From IMG/VR virus record IMGVR_UViG_3300033977_000108, positions 124,001 to 188,000 of that record: 64,000 bases of DNA. One strand, written 5' to 3'. Made by a program: the position numbers and the translations under genes. The notes beneath the pieces were generated by a model that was not told the origin of the DNA, ran no database searches, and worked only from the letters and a program-made list of their open reading frames with translations. Each line of letters opens with the position of its first letter. Position 1 is the stretch's first letter. Below are positions 17,595 through 26,190 of this stretch, piece by piece.

Positions 17595-17814
17595 TCGGCT
17601 TTGTCCCTTCATAGGTGTAAATTAATGATGGAGGCAGGGAAACGAACCTGCAAGGTTCCAGTTCAATGGAGTAGAATTCACGCGTGCTATAATCCGACAG
17701 GCGACAAATGTACCTTCGGTGGGGATGTGCATCATAGGAATTCAATACCAGTATTAGTTCCCCAGTCAGCACATGTTTTACTTTCGTTCCGTTCACGATT
17801 ATCTCTTCCATCAC
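17569..17814 (-). CDS. Hypothetical protein (SH3-like beta barrel?)
   Basis: Coupled ORF; GTKVKH..TGE pattern. Confidence 0.5.
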   Translation of the reverse strand: MMEEIIVNGTKVKHVLTGELILVLNSYDAHPHRRYICRLSDYSTREFYSIELEPCRFVSLPPSLIYTYEGTKPNEETSPGT

Positions 17815-18062
17815 GCCGCTTTCTCCTCTCGCAGGGCTTGTAATTCCTTCTCCCTGCGTAGTTTACGCTCCTCTAACTTCGCATTTAGTGCGTCGATTTT
17901 CTTGTCTATTTCGGCGGCGACCTCGGCGGGCTGTAAAGAGACAACCCTATCCCTCCATACGCGAAGTTCGGAAAGAATAGCGCGGTCAATAGCGTCTATT
18001 ACCACGGGTACGAGGGAACCGCTAAATAGATTATCGTTGCCGTAAGCAGCGACAATCTCCAT
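17811..18062 (-). CDS. Coiled-coil hypothetical protein (start uncertain)
   Basis: C-terminal part of the 289-aa track ORF; the upstream part overlaps another gene out of frame. Confidence 0.45.
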   Translation of the reverse strand: MEIVAAYGNDNLFSGSLVPVVIDAIDRAILSELRVWRDRVVSLQPAEVAAEIDKKIDALNAKLEERKLRREKELQALREEKAA

Positions 18063-18148
18063 AACTTCTCGTATACTGCTGGCGACATTATCGGCCTCGG
18101 GTCCGAGGACTTCAAATAAATCGGAAGCTTCAACCTCTGGCAGCCGGC

Positions 18149-18709
18149 CTATAAGGGAAGGTTTGGCAGATCTTCCAGAGCGAACACTACCACCCGCCGG
18201 TTCATGTCGTTTGAGATTACCAGGGCTCCAGCCTGGGACCCTATTCTCTTCGCATCGGCACGTACCTTCTCCAGTTCGCTCAGGAACACCACCGGATTGC
18301 TTCTGGCTTGATGTTTTGTATCCAGGGTTATTTTGTCCAGGTACAGGTGGTCTCCATTTCTTGCCGTTCTCCCGGAGTTGCTCGTAGCTTTTATCACAGC
18401 GTCTTGGGTTCTTTTCTCTGTTCGCCGTGCTATCCTGGCTACTTCTTGCCGCTTGCGGTCTTTGTTCCGGCGTTCGTCCGCCCGCGCTTTCAGCCTGGCA
18501 GCATGGAGCAGGCGTTTCTCTAGCTCCAATTGGGGGTGCTTCGCTCCCTTCACGAGGGGCCGCCAGTGATGTGGGACCTCGGCTGTGGCAAACAGGTTGT
18601 CCGGCGACAGCCGGCACAGGTAGCACAGCGGCGGCGTTCGCCAGCGTTTTGAGTTGCGACATTGTTCCCATACTTCGCATGGTGCCGATTCCTTAGGCAG
18701 CAGACTCAT
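18149..18709 (-). CDS. Zn-finger plus PD-(D/E)XK-like (resolvase-like) protein
   Basis: CEVWEQC...CYLC; GD...D.ITLDTK...EL.KV..DA pattern. Confidence 0.5.
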   Translation of the reverse strand: MSLLPKESAPCEVWEQCRNSKRWRTPPLCYLCRLSPDNLFATAEVPHHWRPLVKGAKHPQLELEKRLLHAARLKARADERRNKDRKRQEVARIARRTEKRTQDAVIKATSNSGRTARNGDHLYLDKITLDTKHQARSNPVVFLSELEKVRADAKRIGSQAGALVISNDMNRRVVVFALEDLPNLPL

Positions 18710-19757
18710 TGGCTGCTTCCTCAAGCGCAGGCTCAGTGCCATCCACCGCCTGCTTTATCTCATTGAATAGCTTGGGGTCATCTTTCATTTTACGATAGAA
18801 ATTATAGTCCCCTTGTGCTTTCACATCGCCGTATTGAAGCCAGGCGCCGCTCTTGGTAATGACTTTGGCGGCTTTGGCGGCGTCAAAATAGTCATAGATG
18901 GAGCTGAAGCCCTCATCAAAGATGTAGGTAAGATTAGTAGCTAACCACTGCCGGCTTAGATTGTTCTTGGCCGTGAAGGCTTTGATTTTGAAGCCGTAGC
19001 ACCTATCGTTGGCGTCCTTCAGCTTCTCAATGATAGATAATTCCAGGCGGATAGAACCGAAGAAAGGCAACGCTCGGCCGCCCATAGTAACAAACTTCTG
19101 CTGGCCGGTTGGATTGTAGCCGATGTAAGACCGGGTCTGATTTATCCAAACGACGCAGGCGCGCTTCTTTACATTCTTCCTGAGGAAGCTGGACATCAAG
19201 CCAGCGATACCACACATCTTGTTTGCCTCATCGGCACTCTTCTCCAAGTTCGTCTTCAGGTCCAAGGCCGCCAAAGAATCAAGTACAACTAAATCAAAGA
19301 CTTTGGCTGCTGATTTCACCAAATCGAGAACCTCTTCAGCGGACAGCACTTCCTCCGGGCGGATAATTCTGACCGCCGGTGTCGTCTGGTCCTGCTCTGG
19401 GTCGGTGATAATACCAATCCTGTGGAGATAATCGAGCGTCATAGTGCGCTCGGTGTCGATTATAACCGTCCGTAGCTTCTGCTTCTGGAACGCTGCCACA
19501 AAATGTAGCCCCAGACTTGTCTTTCCTACTTCAGTTTCCTTGCTGTAAATCTCAACATCTCTGCCAAGCGGAAGGCCTTTCAATGCCTGGTGTAAAATCA
19601 CATCCAGTTGTGGAAAACCGGTGGATACACAGGCAACGCTCATATCCGGGGCATTTTCCGCCAATTCCACAAGCCCACTCAAGCCAGCTTTTGCCAAATC
19701 TTCTTCTAACTCCTTCTCAACATTGATGTTATCCTGTTCTGTTTTCTTCTTGGACAT
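18693..19757 (-). CDS. recA: RecA/UvsX-like recombinase
   Basis: STGF..LD, GLP.GR.VEI, GKTS, VVLDSLAAL, INQTR, GGRALPFFGSIRL, KSGAW. Confidence 0.92.
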   Translation of the reverse strand: MSKKKTEQDNINVEKELEEDLAKAGLSGLVELAENAPDMSVACVSTGFPQLDVILHQALKGLPLGRDVEIYSKETEVGKTSLGLHFVAAFQKQKLRTVIIDTERTMTLDYLHRIGIITDPEQDQTTPAVRIIRPEEVLSAEEVLDLVKSAAKVFDLVVLDSLAALDLKTNLEKSADEANKMCGIAGLMSSFLRKNVKKRACVVWINQTRSYIGYNPTGQQKFVTMGGRALPFFGSIRLELSIIEKLKDANDRCYGFKIKAFTAKNNLSRQWLATNLTYIFDEGFSSIYDYFDAAKAAKVITKSGAWLQYGDVKAQGDYNFYRKMKDDPKLFNEIKQAVDGTEPALEEAANESAA

Positions 19758-19770
19758 TGTTCTCCTTGCT

Positions 19771-19944
19771 TTAGTCCAGCTTCAGCTGGACGGAGTAAAC
19801 CTCGGCTATCTCTTCGCTTTCAAAAACATCCCCGATAGCATCTTCTAGGTACTCAATCAAGTCCTGTAGTTTCTCTGGGGCCAGTGCCTTGAGATAATCT
19901 GCGACTTGCTTTTCATTGCGATCAAAATCAATTTCGATTGTCAT
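19771..19944 (-). CDS. Small acidic protein (57 aa)
   Basis: Hand-translated MTIEIDFDRNEKQVADYLKALAPEKLQDLIEYLEDAIG...; AAGGA RBS. Confidence 0.6.
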   Translation of the reverse strand: MTIEIDFDRNEKQVADYLKALAPEKLQDLIEYLEDAIGDVFESEEIAEVYSVQLKLD

Positions 19945-20004
19945 GATTGTCCTTATTGCCCACAGGGGCTAAAGATTGGAGCTACGATGGCTGAATTTTG
20001 AATA

Positions 20005-20316
20005 TTACAACTCCCTATCACTTCCATAGGATAGGTCCTCGGGTCCCTGGGTCAGGTCCTCGGGAGTTGGTTCTATAACCTTTGTCGGTATTTGTGGCGG
20101 TGGATAAGGATACCAACCAAGCCATAAATAGCACGCTAAATGGTTCTCGCATGCGTGAACAAAGGCTCTCATTGGGGTTTGATAGACCATCGTATCAAAT
20201 GCCAATATCGACAAGGGGCCATGTGAGTGTTCTGCCGTCCCATCGGCACCAATGCCCATATAAGCACAAGGTCGTCCAATCAAATTCCTGATGTCGTATG
20301 CGTATTGATTAATCAT
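20005..20316 (-). CDS. Hypothetical protein (start uncertain)
   Basis: Track ORF 20005..20379 trimmed to an internal ATG. Confidence 0.45.
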   Translation of the reverse strand: MINQYAYDIRNLIGRPCAYMGIGADGTAEHSHGPLSILAFDTMVYQTPMRAFVHACENHLACYLWLGWYPYPPPQIPTKVIEPTPEDLTQGPEDLSYGSDREL

Positions 20317-20468
20317 TGCAGCACCGTGCAAAAGCAGCGCGATGTAGCCAAGCTCTCTACAACCCGTGTTTTGTGGCAAGAGGAAAGGAGGAAAGCTCTC
20401 GCCAAGGCTTCACTGCCCAGCTCCTGGTCTCCGGACCAAGGGTGCACACCAAGTGCTCGCGCGGCAAA

Positions 20469-20822
20469 TCAAAGTACCTCTATCTCGACGTTGTGGTCCT
20501 CATGCAGCTTACGAATACTCAAAAGTAACTCGCCATCTTTATATGTGGCTTGGGTAGTGCTTGGGTCCGAGTTCGCTGGAGGGCCTATTTTGTATTTCCA
20601 CTCTTCCACCACGTCGCCGATCTTCTTTTTGATTATCACATAGATAAGCCCGTCCCGCACTGTGATCGTAGTATTTGCCGCGTCCTCAGGGGGCATAGCA
20701 ATGGAAATCAAATGCTCGGTTGGAGTACTGCTAAGTTTTATTTCTTTATCCAGAAATTCTTTCTGTGGATCCGCAGGCATGGATAGGTCAAAGTAGTTCT
20801 TGATGCTTTTCCAGAAGTTCAT
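20469..20822 (-). CDS. Hsp20/alpha-crystallin small heat-shock-like protein
   Basis: TITVRDGLIYV...ATYKDGELLLSIRK alpha-crystallin signature. Confidence 0.7.
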   Translation of the reverse strand: MNFWKSIKNYFDLSMPADPQKEFLDKEIKLSSTPTEHLISIAMPPEDAANTTITVRDGLIYVIIKKKIGDVVEEWKYKIGPPANSDPSTTQATYKDGELLLSIRKLHEDHNVEIEVL

Positions 20823-21048
20823 ATATTTTCCTTGATGAACTGAATTGGGTCCTACTCTAAGTCAGCAGCCGGTAGAACAACCAAAAACCCGCAACAACAT
20901 TGACAATCAGCAATCAATAACCAACAACATCAACAAGATTGTGAGCGATGTGCCCTCAATAGGTACATGTTGCCTCATTGCTATCTTTATCGCCGCATCA
21001 GAAGCTATTAGCGGCTAGCTGCTCGCCCTCATTTCGGACCCAAACTTG

Positions 21049-21216
21049 TTAGCGCCTCCGGTGTTTCTTCTTCGGAGGCCGTGGCATTCTGCCGTGCGAC
21101 CCAGCCCAGAAGTGCCCATAGTTGATGCAGCAATCGGTACAGACTACCTGCTTACATCCGTAGCACAGATCGCGGGCTGGGTGGCAGTTCGCATTACAAC
21201 TGAAACATTTGGCCAT
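21049..21216 (-). CDS. Cys-rich zinc-finger micro-protein (55 aa)
   Basis: MAKCFSC...CYGCKQVVCTDCC...H; GAGG RBS. Confidence 0.6.
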   Translation of the reverse strand: MAKCFSCNANCHPARDLCYGCKQVVCTDCCINYGHFWAGSHGRMPRPPKKKHRRR

Positions 21217-21231
21217 AGGTCTCAACCTCGG

Positions 21232-21304
21232 TAGTCGGGGCCGGATTCGAACCGCCAACGCCTGCCTTTTTAGGACAGTGCTCTATCATTGGAGCTACCC
21301 GTCT
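21232..21304 (-). tRNA. tRNA-Phe-like with anticodon AAA (possibly degenerate)
   Basis: Cloverleaf, loop CTAAAAA, GGCGGTTCGAATCCG T-arm; single mismatches in acceptor and T stems; CCA incomplete (ACCG). Confidence 0.7.
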
Positions 21305-21450
21305 TTACTCTCCTTGGTTTGGGTCGCCAGTTGCGCCCATCTGATACATAATCCCTACACATAGAGGCAGCTACATACAGAAGCTCCACGAGAAGAAGTA
21401 TCCATAGACTATCTCGCCTTCTATATTTCATAACTGCCCCTCGTTATCTT

Positions 21451-21520
21451 AGCGGGCGGCTGGAACTCAACCAGCGCCCTGGGCTTATGGAGCTACCAGC
21501 CAGGGTCTGACGCGCCCGCT
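21451..21520 (-). ncRNA. tRNA-like structured element
   Basis: 8-bp AGCGGGCG/CGCCCGCT closing stem, 5-bp GCTGG/CCAGC arm with 7-nt loop TTGAGTT, internal hairpin. Confidence 0.5.
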
Positions 21521-21523
21521 ATA

Positions 21524-22054
21524 CTATTCCTTCTCGCTTATTGGCGGTATGCCAAGTTCCGCCCTAATGGCATTGAGGCGGTCTATCAAACCACTGCTGA
21601 GAAAGTCTATACCAAATGCCAGGCCGCCTCCACGCTCCATTGAAGCATTGCTTATAGGGGTCTTTCCTTCCAGCATTTCAGCCCATTTTCTTAACTCATC
21701 TAGATTGTCAAACCAGATGGCGGTCTCCCGCATTTCCTTTTCAATGTCTGCGTCAGATGCGTTTTGTGCTTCCCAGCCGTCGCAGCCGGAACATGAGCCA
21801 TACCACCATTCATAGAATGAATACTTGCCGTCTTTCCTGGCAAGAATGGAGGCATGCCCTTGGTAATCGGCCTCGCTGTCTTCCCAGATGATTTCCCAGT
21901 CGCCCCAGATGCGGCCGGCTATCTTCCCGTAGCGGCACCCAGATGCGATTGTTTCGTTCCAATGCTTACCGATAAGCTTATCTACAGCCTTCGGTTTTAT
22001 TTTCCTTACTATAGCCTTTTCCTTTGTTGATTTGGCCTTTTTCTTCTTGGACAT
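21524..22054 (-). CDS. Hypothetical protein
   Basis: Start refined to MSKKKK with GGAGG RBS; YGSCSGCD motif. Confidence 0.7.
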   Translation of the reverse strand: MSKKKKAKSTKEKAIVRKIKPKAVDKLIGKHWNETIASGCRYGKIAGRIWGDWEIIWEDSEADYQGHASILARKDGKYSFYEWWYGSCSGCDGWEAQNASDADIEKEMRETAIWFDNLDELRKWAEMLEGKTPISNASMERGGGLAFGIDFLSSGLIDRLNAIRAELGIPPISEKE

Positions 22055-22179
22055 TTTGCCTCCATAAGAACTTATGCCGCACGCCGGACTGCTCCCCGGT
22101 GAAGATCGGTTCGCATGCTGGCGACGTCTGTCCAGGCCGGCTCCGCAGCCTAACAACAGCCCACTAGCGGCGCCTAAAC

Positions 22180-22521
22180 TTAGTTCGGGAAGCTCAGTTC
22201 CAGCTGCTTCTCGTCTTTCTTCTCTTCCATTTGCAGCTCGCCCAATACGGCATCATTCTGGTCGTAGCCAATGACCATTGTAATGGCGTTCGTCTTCTTT
22301 ATGGCATTGTCCAGCGTCCTTATCTCTCGGGCCAGGCCCGTGATAAGAGAGTCCAAAGCCTTGGCGTTATAAAGCGGCTCAATGATTTGTGTCTTATCCA
22401 CATTGGCGCCGTACAACCGCGTGGAACGGGTGGCATTCTCATTTCGCAAGGCGACGAGTTCCTGGTGCCTTGTTTCCAGCGTCTTTTTCCAGTTTATGGC
22501 TTCACTTATACAAATTTGCAT
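22180..22521 (-). CDS. DIP1984-like coiled-coil protein
   Basis: ISEAI...L...IRTLDNAIKKTN pattern. Confidence 0.5.
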   Translation of the reverse strand: MQICISEAINWKKTLETRHQELVALRNENATRSTRLYGANVDKTQIIEPLYNAKALDSLITGLAREIRTLDNAIKKTNAITMVIGYDQNDAVLGELQMEEKKDEKQLELSFPN

Positions 22522-22530
22522 GTTTTCCTC

Positions 22531-22746
22531 TTATTCTGAAGCAGTATCATAGCTTTTGTTGCAGATGATACCCTGAATCTCGAAGTCTCCATCTATAGTA
22601 TCTCCAATAAATGTCACGAAATCCTTCTCTTTCAATGATTTGGCTTTCGTTAGAGCTGTTTCAAGGCTGTCTGCGTTTATTTCCAGCGATAGTAAGCTCC
22701 TGGAGATCGCATAAACCACATAGGTGTTGTTGTTCTTGTTAGCCAT
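22531..22746 (-). CDS. Hypothetical protein
   Basis: AGGAG RBS; A.SLE.AL.KA motif. Confidence 0.6.
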   Translation of the reverse strand: MANKNNNTYVVYAISRSLLSLEINADSLETALTKAKSLKEKDFVTFIGDTIDGDFEIQGIICNKSYDTASE

Positions 22747-22755
22747 TACTACTCC

Positions 22756-22971
22756 TTAGACGATTCTATCCTCCAATATGATTGGAGAATCTTTCCTTAT
22801 TTCTGGCGTCAGTGGCACGTCCTTTGCTTCTGGCACATCGAAGTTCGGGAAGCATCCCTTGGTAAGCAAGCGTTTCATTCTATCTACATCGGCTTTTAGG
22901 TCCAATATGGCAATCCCAATCGTGGAGTCACCCCATGTCTGAGCAAATTCTTTCCACGCATTCTCTTTCAT
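22756..22971 (-). CDS. Hypothetical protein
   Basis: Start refined to MKENAW just downstream of the promoter. Confidence 0.55.
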   Translation of the reverse strand: MKENAWKEFAQTWGDSTIGIAILDLKADVDRMKRLLTKGCFPNFDVPEAKDVPLTPEIRKDSPIILEDRIV

Positions 22972-22980
22972 ACATCCTCC

Positions 22981-23008
22981 ATTATACCACAACCAACGGC
23001 TGTGTCAA
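22981..23008 (-). promoter_or_regulatory. Consensus sigma70 promoter
   Basis: TTGACA-16 nt-TATAAT with extended TG. Confidence 0.8.
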
Positions 23009-23025
23009 GGGCATTAGCCACCACA

Positions 23026-23295
23026 TCATATATACTTCGGAGTATCATAGCCCACATCGACAAGATATTTCTTGCCTGGTTTGTCTGGGTCGCCGTCCAA
23101 TTCGTCCCAGACTTGGAATATCGAGGCAGTACTATCAAGGTCTCTTATTATTTCCATCGCTTTTTGGGCGGCCTCAAGAGGGTCTTTGGCGTCTATGTCG
23201 ATGTCCCATACAACATACCAGGACTTCAGCTTGCGCCTCTTACCAGATATAGCCTTCTTTGGTTGCCGTCTTTTGGTCTGACATGTAGACCTCAT
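23026..23295 (-). CDS. Hypothetical protein
   Basis: IDIDAKDPLEAAQKA motif. Confidence 0.55.
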   Translation of the reverse strand: MRSTCQTKRRQPKKAISGKRRKLKSWYVVWDIDIDAKDPLEAAQKAMEIIRDLDSTASIFQVWDELDGDPDKPGKKYLVDVGYDTPKYI

Positions 23296-23437
23296 CTGGC
23301 GTCTCCTTCACGATTAACTGGCATCCATTGACAAGCTCCAGCTCTGTGTGGTCATTTACCCGGCAGGCAGTGACAATGTGTTCAAGAGCTATGTATACCG
23401 GCTTGCGGTCGATTAAGGTTAGTTGTTTGACAATCAT
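23240..23437 (-). CDS. FlbD/SwrD-family-like small protein
   Basis: LTLIDRKPVYIALEHI...TELELVNG..LIVKETPDEV. Confidence 0.55.
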   Translation of the reverse strand: MIVKQLTLIDRKPVYIALEHIVTACRVNDHTELELVNGCQLIVKETPDEVYMSDQKTATKEGYIW

Positions 23438-23880
23438 TAGACATCCCTCCGGCTACGCTTGAAGCCCTCGGCCTCAGTGTAGAGGAATTTCTTACAGATA
23501 TTCACCCTTTCATCTATGCAGTCAATAAGTCCTTCCAGGAGTTCTTTCCAGGCGACAAAACCTCCGCTGAGCTTTCTGCGGAAGGCGTCCCTGTCTAACT
23601 CTGTCATGTCCTTGCTCTTTGCCGGCAGGAAAGCAGAACTCTTGGAGCGTTCCACCAGGGCGGAAGCCAGCGATAACTGGGCTACCACCTTTACTCGCCA
23701 GCTATTTACTTCATCCATGTGTAGTTCAATGGAAGCTACATCCGATGACAGTACTTTTGTCTCCAGCAGGTCTTCCAGCGGAGCAAAACGGGATGACCAT
23801 TCTGCATCCAAGGTGGAGCAAGCTGCGGTCAAGTCCTCGACTGACATAATAGCCAAAGCATCAGAGATTGTTGTTATCAT
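23437..23880 (-). CDS. Helical hypothetical protein
   Basis: AGGAG RBS; amphipathic helices. Confidence 0.65.
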   Translation of the reverse strand: MITTISDALAIMSVEDLTAACSTLDAEWSSRFAPLEDLLETKVLSSDVASIELHMDEVNSWRVKVVAQLSLASALVERSKSSAFLPAKSKDMTELDRDAFRRKLSGGFVAWKELLEGLIDCIDERVNICKKFLYTEAEGFKRSRRDV

Positions 23881-23897
23881 AGCTCTCCTACAGTGAG

Positions 23898-24180
23898 GCG
23901 GAGTCGCCAGTTTATGAGTGGGCGACTCCGCATTTCTTACCCCGGCATGAGCGAGGCACCGACAGCGTTAGCGGTCGAGCGGAAGCCGCGGCCACAATGA
24001 GGAATCCGACAAGGATTTCTGCCGTAACGGAGAGAATTTAGTGCTGGCACTAAATTCTCGTAGTGGAGGGCGGAAATCCGAGGGCGGATTCTGAATGTCT
24101 TGTGGATAAGCGGCTCCGCGAGAGTTGAAGGCAGCAGAGCTGCCTTCAGCTGCCCGCGTAGCGAAGGGGCCGAGCGGAAC
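23898..24180. other. Hairpin-rich intergenic region with DnaA box (origin or ncRNA candidate)
   Basis: 11-bp, 13-bp and 10-bp inverted repeats, GAGGGCGGA direct repeat x2, TGTGGATAA at 24101-24109. Confidence 0.45.
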
Positions 24181-24184
24181 ATTA

Positions 24185-24448
24185 CTAACAGTTCAACCTT
24201 TGGCATAGATCATCTATTTCTTCCGGGCTGAGCGGGGTGATTTTCTTTGTGAAGTGCGCCGGAAAGATAAGTATAGGTTCCCTGTTTTCCAATTCAGCTT
24301 CTCTTAATTCCTGTTCGAGATTGTTTTGCCAGTAGCGCAAGGCAGCCAGCACAGTAGCCACTTGCCTATCGGTCAAGAAGCGTCTGTGTAATCTACCCGT
24401 TGTCTTCGTCTTTAGTCTCTTCAGATTGTGCATTGCTGGACCCATCAT
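24185..24448 (-). CDS. Hypothetical protein
   Basis: ATVLAALRYWQ...L..EEIDDLCQRLN motif. Confidence 0.6.
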   Translation of the reverse strand: MMGPAMHNLKRLKTKTTGRLHRRFLTDRQVATVLAALRYWQNNLEQELREAELENREPILIFPAHFTKKITPLSPEEIDDLCQRLNC

Positions 24449-24590
24449 CTAAATCATTCTCGTGGAAGTTGGGGACGTTGCAGGAGCCGTCCTCTGTCAT
24501 TTCCAAATCGGTTGGCCCTTCTGTGGGCGGGTCTGGCAAAACAAATGGTTCAGTGGCTTTTCCCATGGTAGTTTTCTCCTTTATGCCCAT
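24393..24590 (-). CDS. Acidic hypothetical protein
   Basis: Short ORF between neighbours. Confidence 0.4.
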   Translation of the reverse strand: MGIKEKTTMGKATEPFVLPDPPTEGPTDLEMTEDGSCNVPNFHENDLDDGSSNAQSEETKDEDNG

Positions 24591-24988
24591 GAACGGTGGG
24601 CTTCCTCAATGGTTTCCACGCCATCGTATTCGTCAATCACCCATTCTATCCCGTCGGGTATCTTGACTACTTTTAGATTGGCGAAGAACCCATTGGCTCT
24701 CTTTCCAAGCTCCTCTACTACGGCTACCAAATCCTTATCGTCTCGTGGTATGTCTCCGCTGCAGAGCAAGTGATCCCCCATCTCTTTCTCATCCATAAAA
24801 GGCTTATCATAAGCCAAAAGAGTCTTTGTGGATTTCATTGCTTCCGAGCGAGTTACAGGGGAATACTGTTGGCGCATACAGTCGTAGATATACCAGTAGA
24901 GCTTTTTTCCTTTCCTCTTTGCGTATGCTTCAAGAGCGAGTGGGGACAGACTAAAGCCACCGAAGCATGTGTTTATAACAATTTTCAT
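24581..24988 (-). CDS. Conserved phage hypothetical protein
   Basis: MKIVIN.CFGGFSLS...R.D..LV.VVEELG...DEYDG.E motif. Confidence 0.75.
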   Translation of the reverse strand: MKIVINTCFGGFSLSPLALEAYAKRKGKKLYWYIYDCMRQQYSPVTRSEAMKSTKTLLAYDKPFMDEKEMGDHLLCSGDIPRDDKDLVAVVEELGKRANGFFANLKVVKIPDGIEWVIDEYDGVETIEEAHRSWA

Positions 24989-24989
24989 G

Positions 24990-26171
24990 CTATTCATCCT
25001 CCTCGGGGATGGTATTCAGCATCAAATACCTTAACTCTGGGTATTCCATTGCTACGCATGGGGCCTTATAACGACAATAGCGACATTGCCATGCCCCAAT
25101 TATCTTATGCTTGGCTTCCCATTCTTTGTACTTTTTGTCGGTGATTAGCCCTTTGCCCTTCAGGTCTTCCACCTTCTCGGCCGTGTATTTGTATTGATAT
25201 TCAGCCGGAGGCATGTAGCCAGCAGGCAGTTCAGCTATTTCGAGCCGGACCGCTTCCCAGAAATCAGCACCGGCTTTCTTTGACGCCTCGTCTAAATTGC
25301 CTTCATTGTCGGCAACTAATAGTGGGGGCTGTACGCCCCTGAGCATCAGCCGTCTCTCAGCCTCATCTATGGCTCTTTGCCAGGCATCCTGTAAAGTCTT
25401 GTATCGTTGGTAGATATTCTCAATGGTAAATACTTTCCAAGGTATGCCATCTACAGATGGGTAATGTAAACCGTCGGTATCCATGTAAATACCGATGTCA
25501 AACTCTCTTCTATTGCGGCCGGTCCGGTCTACATAGAGGAGCTTGCCACCTAACTCACCATTGCCCATCAGGTCAAGTTGCGGCTGATACACTTGGATGC
25601 GATTCCTATGGCGCGCGGCGGCTTCAGGATTGTCGCGGGCCTCTTTGGCGCAAATCTCAATCGCGTCTTTCATACGCGCGCCTGTCCGCAGCTCATTCAA
25701 ATAGACTACGAGTTGCAGCATGTGCTCAAGCTTTGGTTTGCCCTCTTTCACGATGCGCTTACTGGCAAAATACCCATCAAAGCTTTTGATTTCAGCAATC
25801 AATCCTTGCTGTGTATCTTTGTCCAGGAGCACACCATCAAGCTCAAATGCCAGCTTTACGTCCTCAACCCAAACTTTTACGCCGGAAGCTACGCAGATGT
25901 TGGCGGCTATTGCTTGCTCGAAGACATCCTTTTCTACCGCCTTGCCTAAACGGACAATTTGACAGCCCGTGGCGTCCATTGGATTGGTGATAGGCTGCCC
26001 TGTCATTCTGAGATAACTGGCTCTATGGCACCCGCCCACAATGTCTGATTCGGTCTGGTCTAATAGGCAAGCGGAAGCTTCTGACGGCCAGACGGCGGGG
26101 AGCTGAGAGATACGGGGCTCCCAGTTCTCCATGGAAAGTAATATTTTGTCTAATTCCTCAAATACGCGCAT
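24990..26171 (-). CDS. Cas4-like PD-(D/E)XK exonuclease
   Basis: C.R..Y, ELDGV, AEIKS, Q...Y, WQCRYCRYKAPC. Confidence 0.8.
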   Translation of the reverse strand: MRVFEELDKILLSMENWEPRISQLPAVWPSEASACLLDQTESDIVGGCHRASYLRMTGQPITNPMDATGCQIVRLGKAVEKDVFEQAIAANICVASGVKVWVEDVKLAFELDGVLLDKDTQQGLIAEIKSFDGYFASKRIVKEGKPKLEHMLQLVVYLNELRTGARMKDAIEICAKEARDNPEAAARHRNRIQVYQPQLDLMGNGELGGKLLYVDRTGRNRREFDIGIYMDTDGLHYPSVDGIPWKVFTIENIYQRYKTLQDAWQRAIDEAERRLMLRGVQPPLLVADNEGNLDEASKKAGADFWEAVRLEIAELPAGYMPPAEYQYKYTAEKVEDLKGKGLITDKKYKEWEAKHKIIGAWQCRYCRYKAPCVAMEYPELRYLMLNTIPEEDE

Positions 26172-26190
26172 TTGCTAACCTCCATCGCGT

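Noticed and set aside
18063-18680. 289-aa ORF 17811..18680 as a dual-coding or frameshift product
   Set aside because: The N-terminal two thirds overlap 18149..18709 out of frame and read like shadow sequence; no slippery site identified.
20860-20980. Hydrophobic reading frames that might be one frameshifted membrane gene (MRQHVPIEGTSLTILLMLLVI / LLIVNVVAGFWLFYRLLT)
   Set aside because: Very short with no homolog recognised; cannot distinguish a pseudogene, a sequencing error and chance.
21451-21520. tmRNA or tRNA-Sec/Pyl assignment for the tRNA-like element
   Set aside because: No G3:U70/TCCACCA end, no TCA or CTA anticodon, and no tag ORF.
22056-22179. GC-rich leader with possible stems upstream of an RBS (riboswitch or ribozyme candidate)
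   Set aside because: Pairings are short and mutually exclusive, and no known aptamer or ribozyme core was recognised.
24990-26171. Cas4-like gene suggesting a CRISPR locus
   Set aside because: No repeat-spacer array or other cas genes; stand-alone Cas4-like exonucleases are common in phages.
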